Source of the DNA: Elusimicrobiota bacterium
Lineage (GTDB): Bacteria; Elusimicrobiota; Elusimicrobia; UBA1565
Direction: 5' to 3'
Length of the DNA: 64,000 nt
NCBI GenBank assembly: GCA_043827405.1
Contig: JBDRPD010000096.1
Location: 1-64,000, forward strand
The notes beneath the pieces are model-generated. The model searched no databases and had not been told where the DNA came from. It was given only the letters and a program-made list of their open reading frames with translations. Positions 10,301-20,221 of the stretch are shown piece after piece (positions within the stretch are counted from its first letter, which is position 1; each line of letters starts with the position of its first letter). Position numbers and translations under genes: made by a program.

Positions 10301-10462
10301 CTGCTCGAGAACCTGGCGGAATCCGTCGAGCGGATCGCCGCCGGCCGCTTTACGATCCGGCCGGATGACGGCGCGCACGGCCACTGCCGCTGGTGCTCGT
10401 TCGGCGACATGTGCCGCAAGAACCACGGGATGACGCTCGCACGCAGCCAGGTCGAAGGATGA
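7373..10462 (+). CDS. addB: AddB/RexB-like nuclease subunit (inactive helicase + PD-(D/E)XK nuclease with 4-Cys Fe-S staple)
   Basis: No Walker A; LSPSSLETLARCPFQYY, GRADRID, VIDYKT, CRWCSFGDMC; coupled to the addA-like gene. Confidence 0.8.
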   Translation: MLSVHYGPFQPSLEDAFLKEVADLHKDAAIPRIAVITPSRRLADRLQRLIALEGGHACLGVTFHTFYSFALEVVSEAAPDGRAVVREPMFFDRLLDSLLDKPAQGVRPRGLAASYRASLKDLIDAGVGSGAAALLEEGLIRDEEEKRRLKGLLDKLAAYEKRMRELDVMPPSGLTERAVREVRRGSAALGRYSRLLYYGFYDLTGLQAEFFEAVAKEHPVTLFFPYRRGHPAFAFADRFFETRLHIGGRAPQRLPESTAGRALGPALDALFAPGRSASVPPEALRFFSASGARDEAWRTGKEILRLVEGEGRSYDDIGVVARTLEPYRAAIEEAFSESHIPLCLRAEEPLLRRPAARLCMTLLTLARRDYPALAVLDLVGSPFYRRRPGPHWRVLIERLRIHRGWLQWEGKLAPIAHADFQLYPHLQEAGRGTLVPRQEMAELWGLLCAWRERLAPAGTRKWSTWAAYARELLTDYFTTDEDRGFQDFSEALGRFAAFDLLGEKVTFADFLETVEDRLSRLTRPEDGAPTGGVRVMSAMDARGESFGVLFVLGLKEGLFPRTVREDPLLRDASRVALNRDGGYWIGSKQAGYDEEKLLFYLLAASARDRLYCSYPRSDEDGRAQIPSIYLLDLCRAAGLSWPDAGRVEHVPRPPQQKLSLPHLAPYLSPKEASVAAALAGMDARPLHRALGFDASGFRALAVRVEVLNRYGKAGAMDGVIGPPDEFLKELRRAGLSPSSLETLARCPFQYYATKVLGLNEPEEPSASGVVSPAVKGEIYHALLRGFYSRLTKSGYWSSGDSAFPEAELREEEQSVLVRYSWRELGVYPLLWIITLRGIRTNLRRFLLWDIARLREEGLTPRWLEKELRAEILPHLPKALAGMPFQGRADRIDTDGSRFRVIDYKTRWRRDRLERLALKGELFQPTIYRELAARYFALEDMQPDGVVYLALEDAPEVNGKRVDHIFTEEEYAKGSKALLENLAESVERIAAGRFTIRPDDGAHGHCRWCSFGDMCRKNHGMTLARSQVEG

Positions 10463-13400
10463 CGATGACCGCCGCTGGAATGCAGAGCCTGGCCGACGCT
10501 GCGGATCGCGATCGGGCGCGAACGGAGCTCGGCGCCAATATCATCGTGGAGGCCGGGGCGGGAACGGGCAAGACAACGCTTTTGATAGACCGCATCGTGT
10601 TCCTGCTCTTGGGCGGCGGACTGGAGGTGTCGCGTCTGGTCGCGCTGACCTTTACGGAAAAGGCGGCGGCGGAGATAAAGTTCCGTCTAGCCGAGAGGCT
10701 CAACGCCTTGTCCGGACTTCTCGGCGGTGAGGCTGCCGGCGGGGGAGACGCGGAATCTGCGCGGCGCTGCCTGCGGGATTTGCGCGCTCTCTACCCGCGC
10801 CCCGACGCTGCCTACCGGGAGGCCGCCGAGAACGCGCTGCGCAACCTCGAGCAGGCGCAGATGGGGACGATCCATTCTTTCTGCGCCCACCTGCTGCGGC
10901 TCTATCCGTTGGAGGCCGGCGTCGACCCCAACTTCCGCGTCGATGCGGACGGCACCGCGTTCGAGGAGATCTTCGATCTCGAGTGGGCGTTATGGCTTGA
11001 CCGGGAGCTCGGTGAACGGGCTTCCCGGGCGGAGCTGTGGGAGCATGTCCTATCCGCCGCCACGCTTGAGGAGCTCGCCGGCCTGGCGCGCGGGCTGGCT
11101 AATCCGCGGGTGGACCTCGCACGGGCGGTTTCCAACGCGGGCCTCGGCCGCCGTCTGCGGGAGCTGGGCGAGCGCGCGGAGGCGCTGGGGCGCGACAAGC
11201 CCGCGGTGCGCGGCCGCATCGTCGATTATCTCGACTGGCTCACCGCGCATTTTTTCGGTACGGCGGACGCATTGGAGGGCGGGGATTACCGGCAGGGCGA
11301 CCCGCCCACCGCCAGCCTCCCATCCTGGCCGAAGAGCTGGCCGCCGGACGGCCGCGAGGAGTACAAGCGGCTGGCCGCTGCCGCCGGCCGGCTGAACTCC
11401 GCCGCCGAGACGCTGACGCGGGGAGCGGTCGCGCTGGTAAAGGACTTCGTGCTCTATGCGCGCGCCGAATACCGCCGACGCGGCTGGATATCTTTTGACG
11501 GGCTGCTGGTCGGAGCGCGCGATTTGGTGCGCGATTACCCGCGCGTACGCGAGGAGCTGAAGACGCGTTTCGGAGCGCTGCTGATCGACGAGTTCCAGGA
11601 TACCGATCCGCTCCAGGGCGAACTGCTGATGTATCTGGCCGAGGCGGAAGGACAGTGTGCCGATAGCTGGCGGGAGACGGTGCCCGCAGCGGGCAAGCTT
11701 TTCGTGGTGGGCGACGCCAAGCAGTCGATCTACCGGTTTCGCGGCGCGGATATCGCCGCGGTAGAGGCGTTTACCGAGCACTTGGTGCGCGGTGGAGCGC
11801 AGCGCTGCGCTTTGCGGACCAACTTCCGCAGCCGGTGTGCGCTCGTCGATTCGGTCAATAAAGTCTTTCAGGGCGCCATGCTGTCCCGCCCCGGGCTGCA
11901 GCCCGCCTACCGGGAGATCGCGCCGGCCCCCGGCCTGACGGGAGGCACCGCTCCCGAATGGGTGCGCTTCGGTCCCGGGGGAGGTGAAGCGGGAGCCAAG
12001 CTGGGGGCATCCGCGCGGCGCCGCGCCGAAGCCGCCTGGATCGCCGATTGGATACGCAACCGCCGCGGTGAGTTCACCTTTCGCGATATCGCCGTGGTGG
12101 TGCGGACGACAACGGATCTCAATGTCTATCTCGAGCAGTTTAAGGCGGCGGGTGTGCCGTATGTCGTCGAGGCGGAGAAATATTTTTACGGGACGCAGGA
12201 AGTCTCCGATTTCCTAAACCTGCTGCGGGCGATCGACGACCCCGGCGATCGCGTGGCCCTCGCCGGTCTGCTGCGCTCACCCTTGGTGGCGCTCGACGAC
12301 CGCGAGGTCCATCGTCTGGCGCTGCGCAGTTCTCTCGACTACCGCAAGCGCGTGCAGGCCTTGGAAAAGTTCTACGGCATGCTGCGGCAGTTCCACGCCC
12401 GGGCCGGAAGGGAGCCTCTCGGCTCCTTGCTGCGCGCGGTTCTGCGCGACACGTTTCTCGTCGAACTGTGCGCCCGCGCCTACCACCACCAGCAAACGGC
12501 CTCCAACCTGCTGAAGTTTGGACGCCTGGCGGATGAAGCGTCGGAAAAGGGCGCGACGCTTAAGGAGTTTATCGACCAGGTCGCGCGCTCCAAGCGCGAG
12601 CGCCTGGATGAAGGGGAAAGCCCTCTGGCCGATGAGAGTTATGACGCGGTACGGGTGCTGACGATCCATAAGGCCAAAGGGCTTGAGTATCCGGTGGTGA
12701 TTCTTCCCAACCTCTCCGGCGGGACGCGTTCGGCCGCGTCCGACGATGCGGTGCGCGTGGATTGGGGCGACGGGACGGTGGGGCTGCGTCTGGGCGCGGC
12801 GGCAAATATCGCGCGCGTTCTTATGGATGGTGAAGAGCGCACGCGCCAGCGCGAGGAGGACGTGCGCGTGCTCTATGTCGCGATGACGCGCCCTAAGGAG
12901 CGGTTGATCCTGCTGGGCGGGCTGAAGGGCGAGAGCGGTTCTTTTTCCGCCATCATCGAGCCCGGCGGGGCGCTGTGTCCGCTCGATCTGGAGGCCGCGC
13001 GCGCGCCGAGGCCGGCGGCGGCAGCCGGCGCCGTGACGGAGCCGCCCTTGCCCAAGCCCGCGGTTTTCGCCGCCGCGTGGGAAATGCGGCGCGCCGCCGA
13101 GAAGCAGGCGCTCGAACGGACGGTGTTCATTCGGCCCAGCGAGGAACACGAACGCGGCGAGGAGGCCGGCTGCGCCGCGCGCGGCGAGGACGACCTGCCC
13201 GCCGAGCCGCTGCGGCTGCTCGGACGGTTGTGCCACGAAGCGCTCGAGCACTGGGATTTTACCAAGGGGCAGTCGCTGCGGGGGGAGCCCCTCGCCAAGC
13301 TGCTCGCGCGCCGCGCCGCCCAGCTGGCGCTGCAGGAACCGCTGGCGGCTGTCGACGAGCTGCAGCGCGAGGCGGCGAAGATCCTTAAGCGGTTCCTCGC

Positions 13401-13686
13401 TTCCAAGGAAGGGAAGTGGCTCGCCCGGACGGAGATCGCGGCGCGGGAGCTGCCGCTGCTGTATGAGGAAAACGGACAGGTCGTCCGGGGGACGATCGAC
13501 GCATTGTGCCGCGACGGGGAAGATTGGGTCGTCGTGGACTATAAGTCCGACCGCATCGCGGCTAAGGATCGCGCCAAGCGGTCTAAGGCCTACGCGCGCC
13601 AGGGCCGCTGCTATGTGCGCGCTGTGGAGCGCGCGCTGCGGGTGCGCGGCGTGAAATTCAAGCTGATGTTCCTGCGGACACCGTGA
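10459..13686 (+). CDS. addA: AddA/UvrD-family helicase-nuclease
   Basis: EAGAGTGKT, TFTEKAA, DEFQD, VGDAKQSIYRFRGAD, TIHKAKGLEY, LYVAMTR, C-terminal GTID..VVDYKS; ATGA overlap. Confidence 0.85.
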   Translation: MTMTAAGMQSLADAADRDRARTELGANIIVEAGAGTGKTTLLIDRIVFLLLGGGLEVSRLVALTFTEKAAAEIKFRLAERLNALSGLLGGEAAGGGDAESARRCLRDLRALYPRPDAAYREAAENALRNLEQAQMGTIHSFCAHLLRLYPLEAGVDPNFRVDADGTAFEEIFDLEWALWLDRELGERASRAELWEHVLSAATLEELAGLARGLANPRVDLARAVSNAGLGRRLRELGERAEALGRDKPAVRGRIVDYLDWLTAHFFGTADALEGGDYRQGDPPTASLPSWPKSWPPDGREEYKRLAAAAGRLNSAAETLTRGAVALVKDFVLYARAEYRRRGWISFDGLLVGARDLVRDYPRVREELKTRFGALLIDEFQDTDPLQGELLMYLAEAEGQCADSWRETVPAAGKLFVVGDAKQSIYRFRGADIAAVEAFTEHLVRGGAQRCALRTNFRSRCALVDSVNKVFQGAMLSRPGLQPAYREIAPAPGLTGGTAPEWVRFGPGGGEAGAKLGASARRRAEAAWIADWIRNRRGEFTFRDIAVVVRTTTDLNVYLEQFKAAGVPYVVEAEKYFYGTQEVSDFLNLLRAIDDPGDRVALAGLLRSPLVALDDREVHRLALRSSLDYRKRVQALEKFYGMLRQFHARAGREPLGSLLRAVLRDTFLVELCARAYHHQQTASNLLKFGRLADEASEKGATLKEFIDQVARSKRERLDEGESPLADESYDAVRVLTIHKAKGLEYPVVILPNLSGGTRSAASDDAVRVDWGDGTVGLRLGAAANIARVLMDGEERTRQREEDVRVLYVAMTRPKERLILLGGLKGESGSFSAIIEPGGALCPLDLEAARAPRPAAAAGAVTEPPLPKPAVFAAAWEMRRAAEKQALERTVFIRPSEEHERGEEAGCAARGEDDLPAEPLRLLGRLCHEALEHWDFTKGQSLRGEPLAKLLARRAAQLALQEPLAAVDELQREAAKILKRFLASKEGKWLARTEIAARELPLLYEENGQVVRGTIDALCRDGEDWVVVDYKSDRIAAKDRAKRSKAYARQGRCYVRAVERALRVRGVKFKLMFLRTP

Positions 13687-14438
13687 CCCGAACGGGCGGG
13701 ACTTTCCTGTGGGCGAGCGTCATCCTGGTCTTTGTGGCGGCGACGATCCTGGTGTTTATTTCCTGGCTGCCGGATGTTACCGGCCTGGCCGAGCATAATC
13801 CCCAGTCCACGGAGTACGTTCAGTTCTATGTCAACCGCCTGCACCGCCGCGGGGATATGCCGGCGGTGCGGATGCATTGGGTGCCGCTGCGCGACATCTC
13901 GCCGCATCTGCGGCACGCGGTACGCCTCGCGGAAGACGACCGTTTTCTCCTCCATCGCGGCGTGGACTGGGTGGAGCTCAAGAAGGCGCTGCGCTACAAC
14001 ATCAAGAAGCGGCGGCTCGCGCGCGGTGCGAGCACCATCACCCAGCAGGTCGCTCGCAACCTTTTCATGAAGCCTTCGCGCGGTACCGCCAATAAACTGC
14101 GCCGCAAGGTCAAGGAGATCTTGATCGCCCCGCACCTCGAGCGGAAGCTCGGCAAGGATCGGATTATGGAGATCTATCTCAATATCGCCGAATGGGGGGA
14201 GGGAGTTTTCGGTGCGGAGGCGGCGAGCCTCGTCTATTTTGACAAGCATGCCGCCGAACTGACGCCGGAAGAGGCCGTCGCGCTGGCGGCGGCCCTGCCG
14301 AGCCCGTACCGCTGGAACCCTTCCGTCGCGCCCGACGAGCGGACCCAGCTTATTCGCGAGCATTACCTGCGGCGGATGTACGAGGAGGGCTACCTGCCGC
14401 AGCCGCGCGGCGTGCGCGAAGATTTAGATGGACGTTAA
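13683..14438 (+). CDS. mtgA: monofunctional peptidoglycan transglycosylase (GT51)
   Basis: N-terminal [44 protein letters not shown]. Confidence 0.88.
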   Translation: MTRTGGTFLWASVILVFVAATILVFISWLPDVTGLAEHNPQSTEYVQFYVNRLHRRGDMPAVRMHWVPLRDISPHLRHAVRLAEDDRFLLHRGVDWVELKKALRYNIKKRRLARGASTITQQVARNLFMKPSRGTANKLRRKVKEILIAPHLERKLGKDRIMEIYLNIAEWGEGVFGAEAASLVYFDKHAAELTPEEAVALAAALPSPYRWNPSVAPDERTQLIREHYLRRMYEEGYLPQPRGVREDLDGR

Positions 14439-14464
14439 GCCGCAGGTTTAGCATAATGAAAACC

Positions 14465-15514
14465 ATGTTCGATTTCTTTTTCGGTCTATTCTCCAACGAC
14501 ATGGGGATCGATCTCGGTACGTCGAACACCCTGGTCTGCATCAAGGATAAAGGGATCGTCCTGCGCGAGCCGTCGGTCGTCGCTATTGATACTAAGACCG
14601 GCCGCGTTCTCGCCGTAGGCGCCGACGCCAAAAAGATGCTCGGCCGCACGCCCGAGTCGATCCGTACGGTCCGTCCGCTCAAGGACGGCGTGATCGCCGA
14701 CTTCCATTCCACCGAGGCGATGATCAAGTACTTCATCCGCAAGGTGCACCAGCGCTCGAGTCTGCTGCACCCGCGCATCGTCATCAGCGTACCCTCCGGC
14801 ATCACCGAGGTGGAGCGCCGCGCGGTCGAGGAGTCGGCGCTGCAGGCGGGCGCCCGATCGGTATACCTGATAGAGGAGCCGATGGCTTCCGCGATCGGCG
14901 CCGGGCTGCCCATCGCCGAGCCCCGTGCCAGCATGATCCTCGACATCGGCGGCGGCGCCACGGAGACCGCGGTGATCTCGTTGGGCGGCATGGTCGTCTC
15001 CAAGTCGATCGGCGTCGCCGGCGATGAGTTCGACGACGCAATCGTCCACTACCTGCGCCGCAAGCACAATATGGTCATCGGTGAGTCGACCGCCGAGAAC
15101 ATCAAGTTCCAGATCGGCTCGGTCTTTCCGCTTAAGGAGGAGATGACCATGGAGGTGAAGGGACGCGACCAGGCCACCGGCCTGCCGCGGACCGTCATCA
15201 TCACCTCGGAGGAAATCCGGCAGGCGCTCAAGGAGCCGGTCAATATTATCGTCCAGATGGTCAAGAACGCCCTCGAAGAAACTCCGGCCGAGCTCTCGGC
15301 CGACCTCGTGGACCGCGGACTGGTCGTCGCCGGCGGCGGCGCGCTTCTGCGCGGGCTCGTGGACCTGCTGCGCGAGGAGACCGAGCTTCCGGTACAGCGG
15401 GCGGATGATCCGCTGACCTGCGTTGCCAAGGGGACCGGGCGCTACCTGGAAGTGCTCGATGACGTCGAGCAGGGACGCGGCGATCTGCGCAAGCTGCGCC
15501 CCATGCGTCGTTGA
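14465..15514 (+). CDS. mreB: rod shape-determining actin MreB (start 14456 or 14465)
   Basis: [50 protein letters not shown]. Confidence 0.95.
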   Translation: MFDFFFGLFSNDMGIDLGTSNTLVCIKDKGIVLREPSVVAIDTKTGRVLAVGADAKKMLGRTPESIRTVRPLKDGVIADFHSTEAMIKYFIRKVHQRSSLLHPRIVISVPSGITEVERRAVEESALQAGARSVYLIEEPMASAIGAGLPIAEPRASMILDIGGGATETAVISLGGMVVSKSIGVAGDEFDDAIVHYLRRKHNMVIGESTAENIKFQIGSVFPLKEEMTMEVKGRDQATGLPRTVIITSEEIRQALKEPVNIIVQMVKNALEETPAELSADLVDRGLVVAGGGALLRGLVDLLREETELPVQRADDPLTCVAKGTGRYLEVLDDVEQGRGDLRKLRPMRR

Positions 15515-15526
15515 GAATTCCGGGAT

Positions 15527-16357
15527 TTACTCGCCGCGGCCTGCCAGCTTCTCCTCAATCCAGGCGATCTCCGCCGGGCTGTAATTTTTCAGACCGGACG
15601 CGTCGGCGTCCCTGCCGGCGATAAAGGACAGCTCTATCGCCACCGACCAGTAGCCGGAGTCGTTGGCGGCCGCATGCAGGTCGTCGGGAAAGCGTTGAGG
15701 AATCCGGGCCAGCGCAACGAGCTCCCGGGCCCGGTCGTCCAGGCTTCCGCCGCGATAACCGGAGCGGTCGAGGTGGGCACGCAGCTCGGCGAGCGCTCGT
15801 CGCATCTCGCCGGTTTTGTAGCGGAGCGCCAAAAACGGCGCAACTTCGGCGGCATGGTCCTCAATATAGATATGGGCGAGCTCATGAGAGAGAATGCGGT
15901 CGACCGGGGCTTCGGGGGGGACGAAAAGGGTGATTTTGCCCTTCAGCCCCATGCCGTCTGGGCGGCTACCGGCAGGCAGATTCTTCCATTGAACCTGCTT
16001 CAGGTTCGCCGCCTGCAGAAAAACCGGCATTCGTTCGAATAATCCAACGAGGCGGTTGAGGTCCGACTCCCGCTGGTCCGGAGTGCAGGGTTCGCCGAAA
16101 CAGCGGACGATTACGCGCCGCTGGCCCGGGGGGATGCCGCGAATCCAGGCGGCGAGCACGGCGTCGCGCCGCCGGCGCCTTTCCTCCTTCGACTGCTTGA
16201 CGCGGCGTCGGGCTTCGTGGGCGGCGGTAACCAGCGCGGAGTCGGGAGACCGCCATACGCAGCGCGACAGCACGCTGATCGACGAATAGGATGCGGCGAA
16301 ACCGGGAACGGCTATCAGCGCGGCGAGCGCGGCGGGGAGCAGGCGTCCGGTTTTCAT
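15527..16357 (-). CDS. exported HExxH zinc-metallopeptidase-like protein
   Basis: Signal peptide (MKTGRLLPAALAALIAVPGFA); ILSHELAHIY. Confidence 0.6.
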   Translation of the reverse strand: MKTGRLLPAALAALIAVPGFAASYSSISVLSRCVWRSPDSALVTAAHEARRRVKQSKEERRRRRDAVLAAWIRGIPPGQRRVIVRCFGEPCTPDQRESDLNRLVGLFERMPVFLQAANLKQVQWKNLPAGSRPDGMGLKGKITLFVPPEAPVDRILSHELAHIYIEDHAAEVAPFLALRYKTGEMRRALAELRAHLDRSGYRGGSLDDRARELVALARIPQRFPDDLHAAANDSGYWSVAIELSFIAGRDADASGLKNYSPAEIAWIEEKLAGRGE

Positions 16358-16518
16358 AGCAATAGTCTAGGCGCCTAATCGACCGGCGGTCAGGGGTATA
16401 GGACCTTATGCGGCATGCGTCCAAGGGCCTAAAAGAAAAGCGCTTTAAATATAAGGAAAAACCGCGGACTAGTGAACCGGCGAAATTTTTTGGTGTCTAT
16501 ATTCGTAGGAGTAGTGAT

Positions 16519-16665
16519 ATGCCGCTAGGACTTCATGCGAGGATAGAGATCAAGCCGGACCGGGTGCTCGGCAGCAATTGGTATCACGATATGGCCAATG
16601 TATTCTGCCGCGGCAAGATCAGGGCCGAGGTTGATTTTCTGTCCGCTCAGCGAACGTACGCGTAA
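16519..16665 (+). CDS. small hypothetical protein (48 aa)
   Basis: AGGAG SD 7 nt upstream of ATG 16519; fills an otherwise empty gap downstream of an AT-rich promoter region. Confidence 0.4.
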   Translation: MPLGLHARIEIKPDRVLGSNWYHDMANVFCRGKIRAEVDFLSAQRTYA

Positions 16666-16679
16666 GGCGCCCGGTGCCG

Positions 16680-18989
16680 CTAGCCGCTGACGATGCGGCT
16701 CAGGCGCTCTGCCATTACCGACAGCCAGGCGAGGAAGCCTAGCCGGCGGGCGGCCTGGGGCGAGACCAGTTCACCGGGACGCGGCGCCTCGACCTTGATG
16801 CCGTGGGCGGCGGCGGCTTTCTGGATCTCCGCGAAGTGCGCGGCCTGTCCGTTCTCGCCTACGTCGCGCATCAGCACCGCTTCGATGGCGGCCGGGATGC
16901 TGCGCACATTGGCGAACAGCACCGGGATGACCAGCGCTTCCGACAGCGCGGCGCCCTTCTGCCGAGCCTCGGCTTCCGTAAGCCCGGCCTTCCTGAACGA
17001 GGCGATCAGCTCCTGGCGCAGCTTCCAGCCGAAGCCCATCCAGGCCTGACCCTGCGCGTGGACCTCGTCGCGGGCGTTGAACTGGTAGGTGTTCTCACCG
17101 TGGCGAATGTAGCTGGGATCGCGCTCGCGCAGGAAGCCCTTGCCGAGGACGGGCTGGCCGGTAATGTACATCGAGAGGATGTCGCCCCAGCCCTCGGATA
17201 GGGCGCCGTTGACGATGCCGCCGAGCATGTCGTCGACGAAGTGTCCGTACTCATGATAGATGACGGTGTCGAAGGCGGTGTTGATGCAGCGCTTGCTCGA
17301 CGAGAAGAAGTTCAGGCTCGGGCTCCACGGGGTGTAGTAGGCGTTGCAGTCCCGGTCCATGTTGGGATTGACCGGTATGCTGCGGCTGATCGCCGCGTCG
17401 ATGCCCTGGGCGGCGAGCCAGTCGTGGACCTTGGTAACATGCCGGTAAGCGTTGACCTGGGCGATCGCGTTCTCCTCGACTCCTTGCGGATTGAACACGA
17501 GCTGGATGGTCTCACCGGGCTTGGCGACGGCGGTGACCACCAGATCCTTGCGTCCCTGATCGCGCACCGTGGCGTAGCGTCCCCTAAGCCGCGCGGTCAC
17601 CGTGACCGGCGCGTCGCTCGCGACGCCGTCCAGCGTGAAGTAGCCGTCGCCGTCGGTGTAAAAGCGCCGGCCGTCCGAGGTCGTAACCTCGGCATGGGCC
17701 ATGGGCATGGTATCGAGCCTGGTCCCGGTTTCTTCGGGATCGAAATCGACGCCGCGGCCGGTGGCGCGTCCGCCGACATCGGCGTTCATGCGCGGGTCCC
17801 AGGCGAAGGTTTCCCCGCTGTTCACGTCCACCGCGGCCATCAGGGTCTCGCTCTTGGACATCATGAGGTAGACCGAGCGCCAGCGCCCGCCCAGGTGCAT
17901 AATGCGCCGGCCGATATTGTTGAGATCGTCGTGAGAGCCGGTGGGGCGTCCCAGGCGGTCGAAGGCGCGCTCGCGGATCTCCTCGTCGCTCAGGCGGCCG
18001 AAGGCGTCGAGCGCGAGCCGCGGATAGAGCTGGGCGGTCGAGCCGACGAGCACCGCCTGGCCGTTGATCAGCTTCACCGTGAAGTCGAGGTAGGTTCCGT
18101 CGACGGGCAGCGACTCGTGGCGCTGGCGGAAGTTTACGTAGATCGTAGCGGGCAGGCTCGCACGGCCCGCGGCCTTGTTGGCGATCACCGTCTCGAGCTG
18201 AGCGGGCGATACGCCGCCGAAATCGCGGGTATTCTCACCGATCAGCTGGCGCAGCGCCCGCTCCACCCCGGCGGCATCCTGCGGATTGCCGGGCAGGGCG
18301 ACCGGCTTAATCGAGCTGCCGCGGAATAGGCGGCCCAGCCCGGTGGGCTGCGCCGTCCGGCCGGGGAAGTGGACGCGGTTCCAGCTCAGGCGCGGGGTTT
18401 CGGTGTTCTCAGGCTGCTGCGGCTGCTGATCGAGCTCGATGCCGCCGCCGGCGCGGCTGTCGTCGGGCAGAATGCCGACGCCGCCGCGGCGGCTCCGGGC
18501 GCCGTCGAACATCTGCGACGATTTGCCGAGGTGCAGGGCTTTGCCGATAGCCGAGAAGACGCGGCGCAGCGGGCGGCTCTCGGCGGCGGCGGCTTCGCCG
18601 GCGCCGGCGGTCACCGCCGCCGGGGAATACGCGGGTTTTGCCGCAACGGCGCTGATGTCTTTTGCCGCGGGAATAACGGTTTGGCCGTTTACGGTCGCGA
18701 CGAACTGCAGGCCCGGCGTGAGCTCCACATTGGCGAACGCGGGATTGACGACGCCCGGGAGCGTCGACTGCAGGGAGAGATCGCTGTTAACGGCGATGCC
18801 GCCGAGCCTGGAAGAGGCATTGACGGCTCCGATCGCGGCGCCGGCGCCGCCGCCCGGGACAACGGCTTTCCCCGCGCTCGCCGCGCTGATGATGCCGGCC
18901 AAAGCGGGTGCGGGTGAAGACGGCGCCAGGATGGCGGCGCAGAGGATAATTCCGGCGGTTTTCTTTAAAATTCGTGATATCTGTTTCAT
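16680..18989 (-). CDS. secreted thermolysin/fungalysin-like (M4/M36) zinc metalloprotease with propeptide
   Basis: Signal peptide; FTP/PepSY-like propeptide (VNFRQRHESLPVDG, AAVDVNSGE); CNAYY, YHEYGH, GALSEGWGD, EVH. Confidence 0.8.
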   Translation of the reverse strand: MKQISRILKKTAGIILCAAILAPSSPAPALAGIISAASAGKAVVPGGGAGAAIGAVNASSRLGGIAVNSDLSLQSTLPGVVNPAFANVELTPGLQFVATVNGQTVIPAAKDISAVAAKPAYSPAAVTAGAGEAAAAESRPLRRVFSAIGKALHLGKSSQMFDGARSRRGGVGILPDDSRAGGGIELDQQPQQPENTETPRLSWNRVHFPGRTAQPTGLGRLFRGSSIKPVALPGNPQDAAGVERALRQLIGENTRDFGGVSPAQLETVIANKAAGRASLPATIYVNFRQRHESLPVDGTYLDFTVKLINGQAVLVGSTAQLYPRLALDAFGRLSDEEIRERAFDRLGRPTGSHDDLNNIGRRIMHLGGRWRSVYLMMSKSETLMAAVDVNSGETFAWDPRMNADVGGRATGRGVDFDPEETGTRLDTMPMAHAEVTTSDGRRFYTDGDGYFTLDGVASDAPVTVTARLRGRYATVRDQGRKDLVVTAVAKPGETIQLVFNPQGVEENAIAQVNAYRHVTKVHDWLAAQGIDAAISRSIPVNPNMDRDCNAYYTPWSPSLNFFSSSKRCINTAFDTVIYHEYGHFVDDMLGGIVNGALSEGWGDILSMYITGQPVLGKGFLRERDPSYIRHGENTYQFNARDEVHAQGQAWMGFGWKLRQELIASFRKAGLTEAEARQKGAALSEALVIPVLFANVRSIPAAIEAVLMRDVGENGQAAHFAEIQKAAAAHGIKVEAPRPGELVSPQAARRLGFLAWLSVMAERLSRIVSG

Positions 18990-19186
18990 GGGAAAATCGT
19001 ACCTATTCGTTTGTCGGCCGGCGCAGAGTCAATGGTCCCGTTTTTGCCGAATAATCGGCCCATCACCGTCTGGGACTTATGCCCCCGGAAAGCGGACGTT
19101 CTCCGTCGGTAGTTCCCGGGCGTAACAGATTTTTAATGTACAATTGGTCCACTAACAGCCTCAATCATCATCCAAGAGGTGCTGCG

Positions 19187-19372
19187 ATGCCGATGCTCGA
19201 CATCATGGAGATGGACAGGCTGTACGGAAAGAAATGGGTTGTACTCGATCGCTCGCTGAAAGTCGTCGATCACTCTCCGGACCTTACGGCCCTGCGGGGG
19301 CGCTACGAGGGACGCGGGAACTATTACACGTATTTCTTCGCCCCCGGCTCCTTTGCTGTTTCGCTTTGCTGA
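19187..19372 (+). CDS. small DUF5678-like protein
   Basis: SD GAGGT; YGKKWVVL...KVVDHSPDL pattern. Confidence 0.55.
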   Translation: MPMLDIMEMDRLYGKKWVVLDRSLKVVDHSPDLTALRGRYEGRGNYYTYFFAPGSFAVSLC

Positions 19373-20205
19373 GCTTGTGCGCCGCCCCGGCCGGCGCCGT
19401 GCCGTACCAGAAGCTTCTCGGCCAGCATACCCTGCCCCAGGTCGACAAGGACGAGCGCTTTCAGACGGGCTATCTGCGTCTCGGCCACTTCATTAGGAAC
19501 AATGACCGCGCCGCTTCGGCGCGCCCGGACGGCAGCGGTTCGGCGTATAACCTCTACCAGCTTTACTTCAACGACGCCTTCCAGGGCAAGAAAGCGAACT
19601 TTCTCGCCGACCTGCTTTTCCTCTCCGACCGGGAGCGGGACAGCAATTTCAATCTGGCTTCTTTCGACTATCTGCTGGGCCTCGCCTTCAAAGGACCGGT
19701 GTGGAACCTGCAGTTCGACCGCGAGGAGGGCATCCCGATCGATCGCGGCGGCGGCAGCTGGCGCTACTGGGACGTCCGGGCCAGCTTGTCCGGCGCAAGC
19801 GGGGAGCCCAAGAAGCAGGGGCTCGGGCGGCTGCCGGCGCATATGCGGCCGAAATCGTCCCCGCTGCAGCTGCGGTGGACGGCGACGGTCGGCTACTTCC
19901 TGCATAACAAGAGCTATCCGGCGCGGCCCGACCGCACGGGTCTGGCGCAGATGCGCTACTGCGGCCGCGCCGAGATACTGCCGGGCACCGAGGCGGTGAG
20001 CCTCATCGGCGAGGCGGACTTCCTGACGGAGAAGTACCGGGCGCTCAAGCCGGTCGCGGTGGAGGTGTCTTACGGCTTGGCGATGCGCTCCTACGGCGTG
20101 GAGGTCGCCTTCCTGCGCGAGTACCGGGACATCCTGGGCGGGCCCGGCCACTTCCCCTACTACATGATGCGGATGTCCTACGCCTTCGACACCCGCGGCA
20201 AGTAA
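19366..20205 (+). CDS. hypothetical exported / outer-membrane beta-strand-rich protein (start uncertain; frame open from 19234)
   Basis: Signal-like LLSLCAAPAGA; alternating hydrophobic strands; aromatic C-terminal strand YYMMRMSYAF. Confidence 0.55.
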   Translation: MLSLCAAPAGAVPYQKLLGQHTLPQVDKDERFQTGYLRLGHFIRNNDRAASARPDGSGSAYNLYQLYFNDAFQGKKANFLADLLFLSDRERDSNFNLASFDYLLGLAFKGPVWNLQFDREEGIPIDRGGGSWRYWDVRASLSGASGEPKKQGLGRLPAHMRPKSSPLQLRWTATVGYFLHNKSYPARPDRTGLAQMRYCGRAEILPGTEAVSLIGEADFLTEKYRALKPVAVEVSYGLAMRSYGVEVAFLREYRDILGGPGHFPYYMMRMSYAFDTRGK

Positions 20206-20221
20206 TAGCGGCGATCTTCTT

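Noticed and set aside
7373..10462. Cas4-like or defence nuclease because of the 4-Cys PD-(D/E)XK domain
   Set aside because: The domain is the C-terminus of an AddB-like protein coupled to AddA; ordinary recombination repair.
19187..20205. Programmed frameshift or toxin-antitoxin pair between the DUF5678-like ORF and the downstream ORF
   Set aside because: No slippery site or toxin motif seen; a TTG start at 19366 explains the overlap, though the true start stays uncertain.
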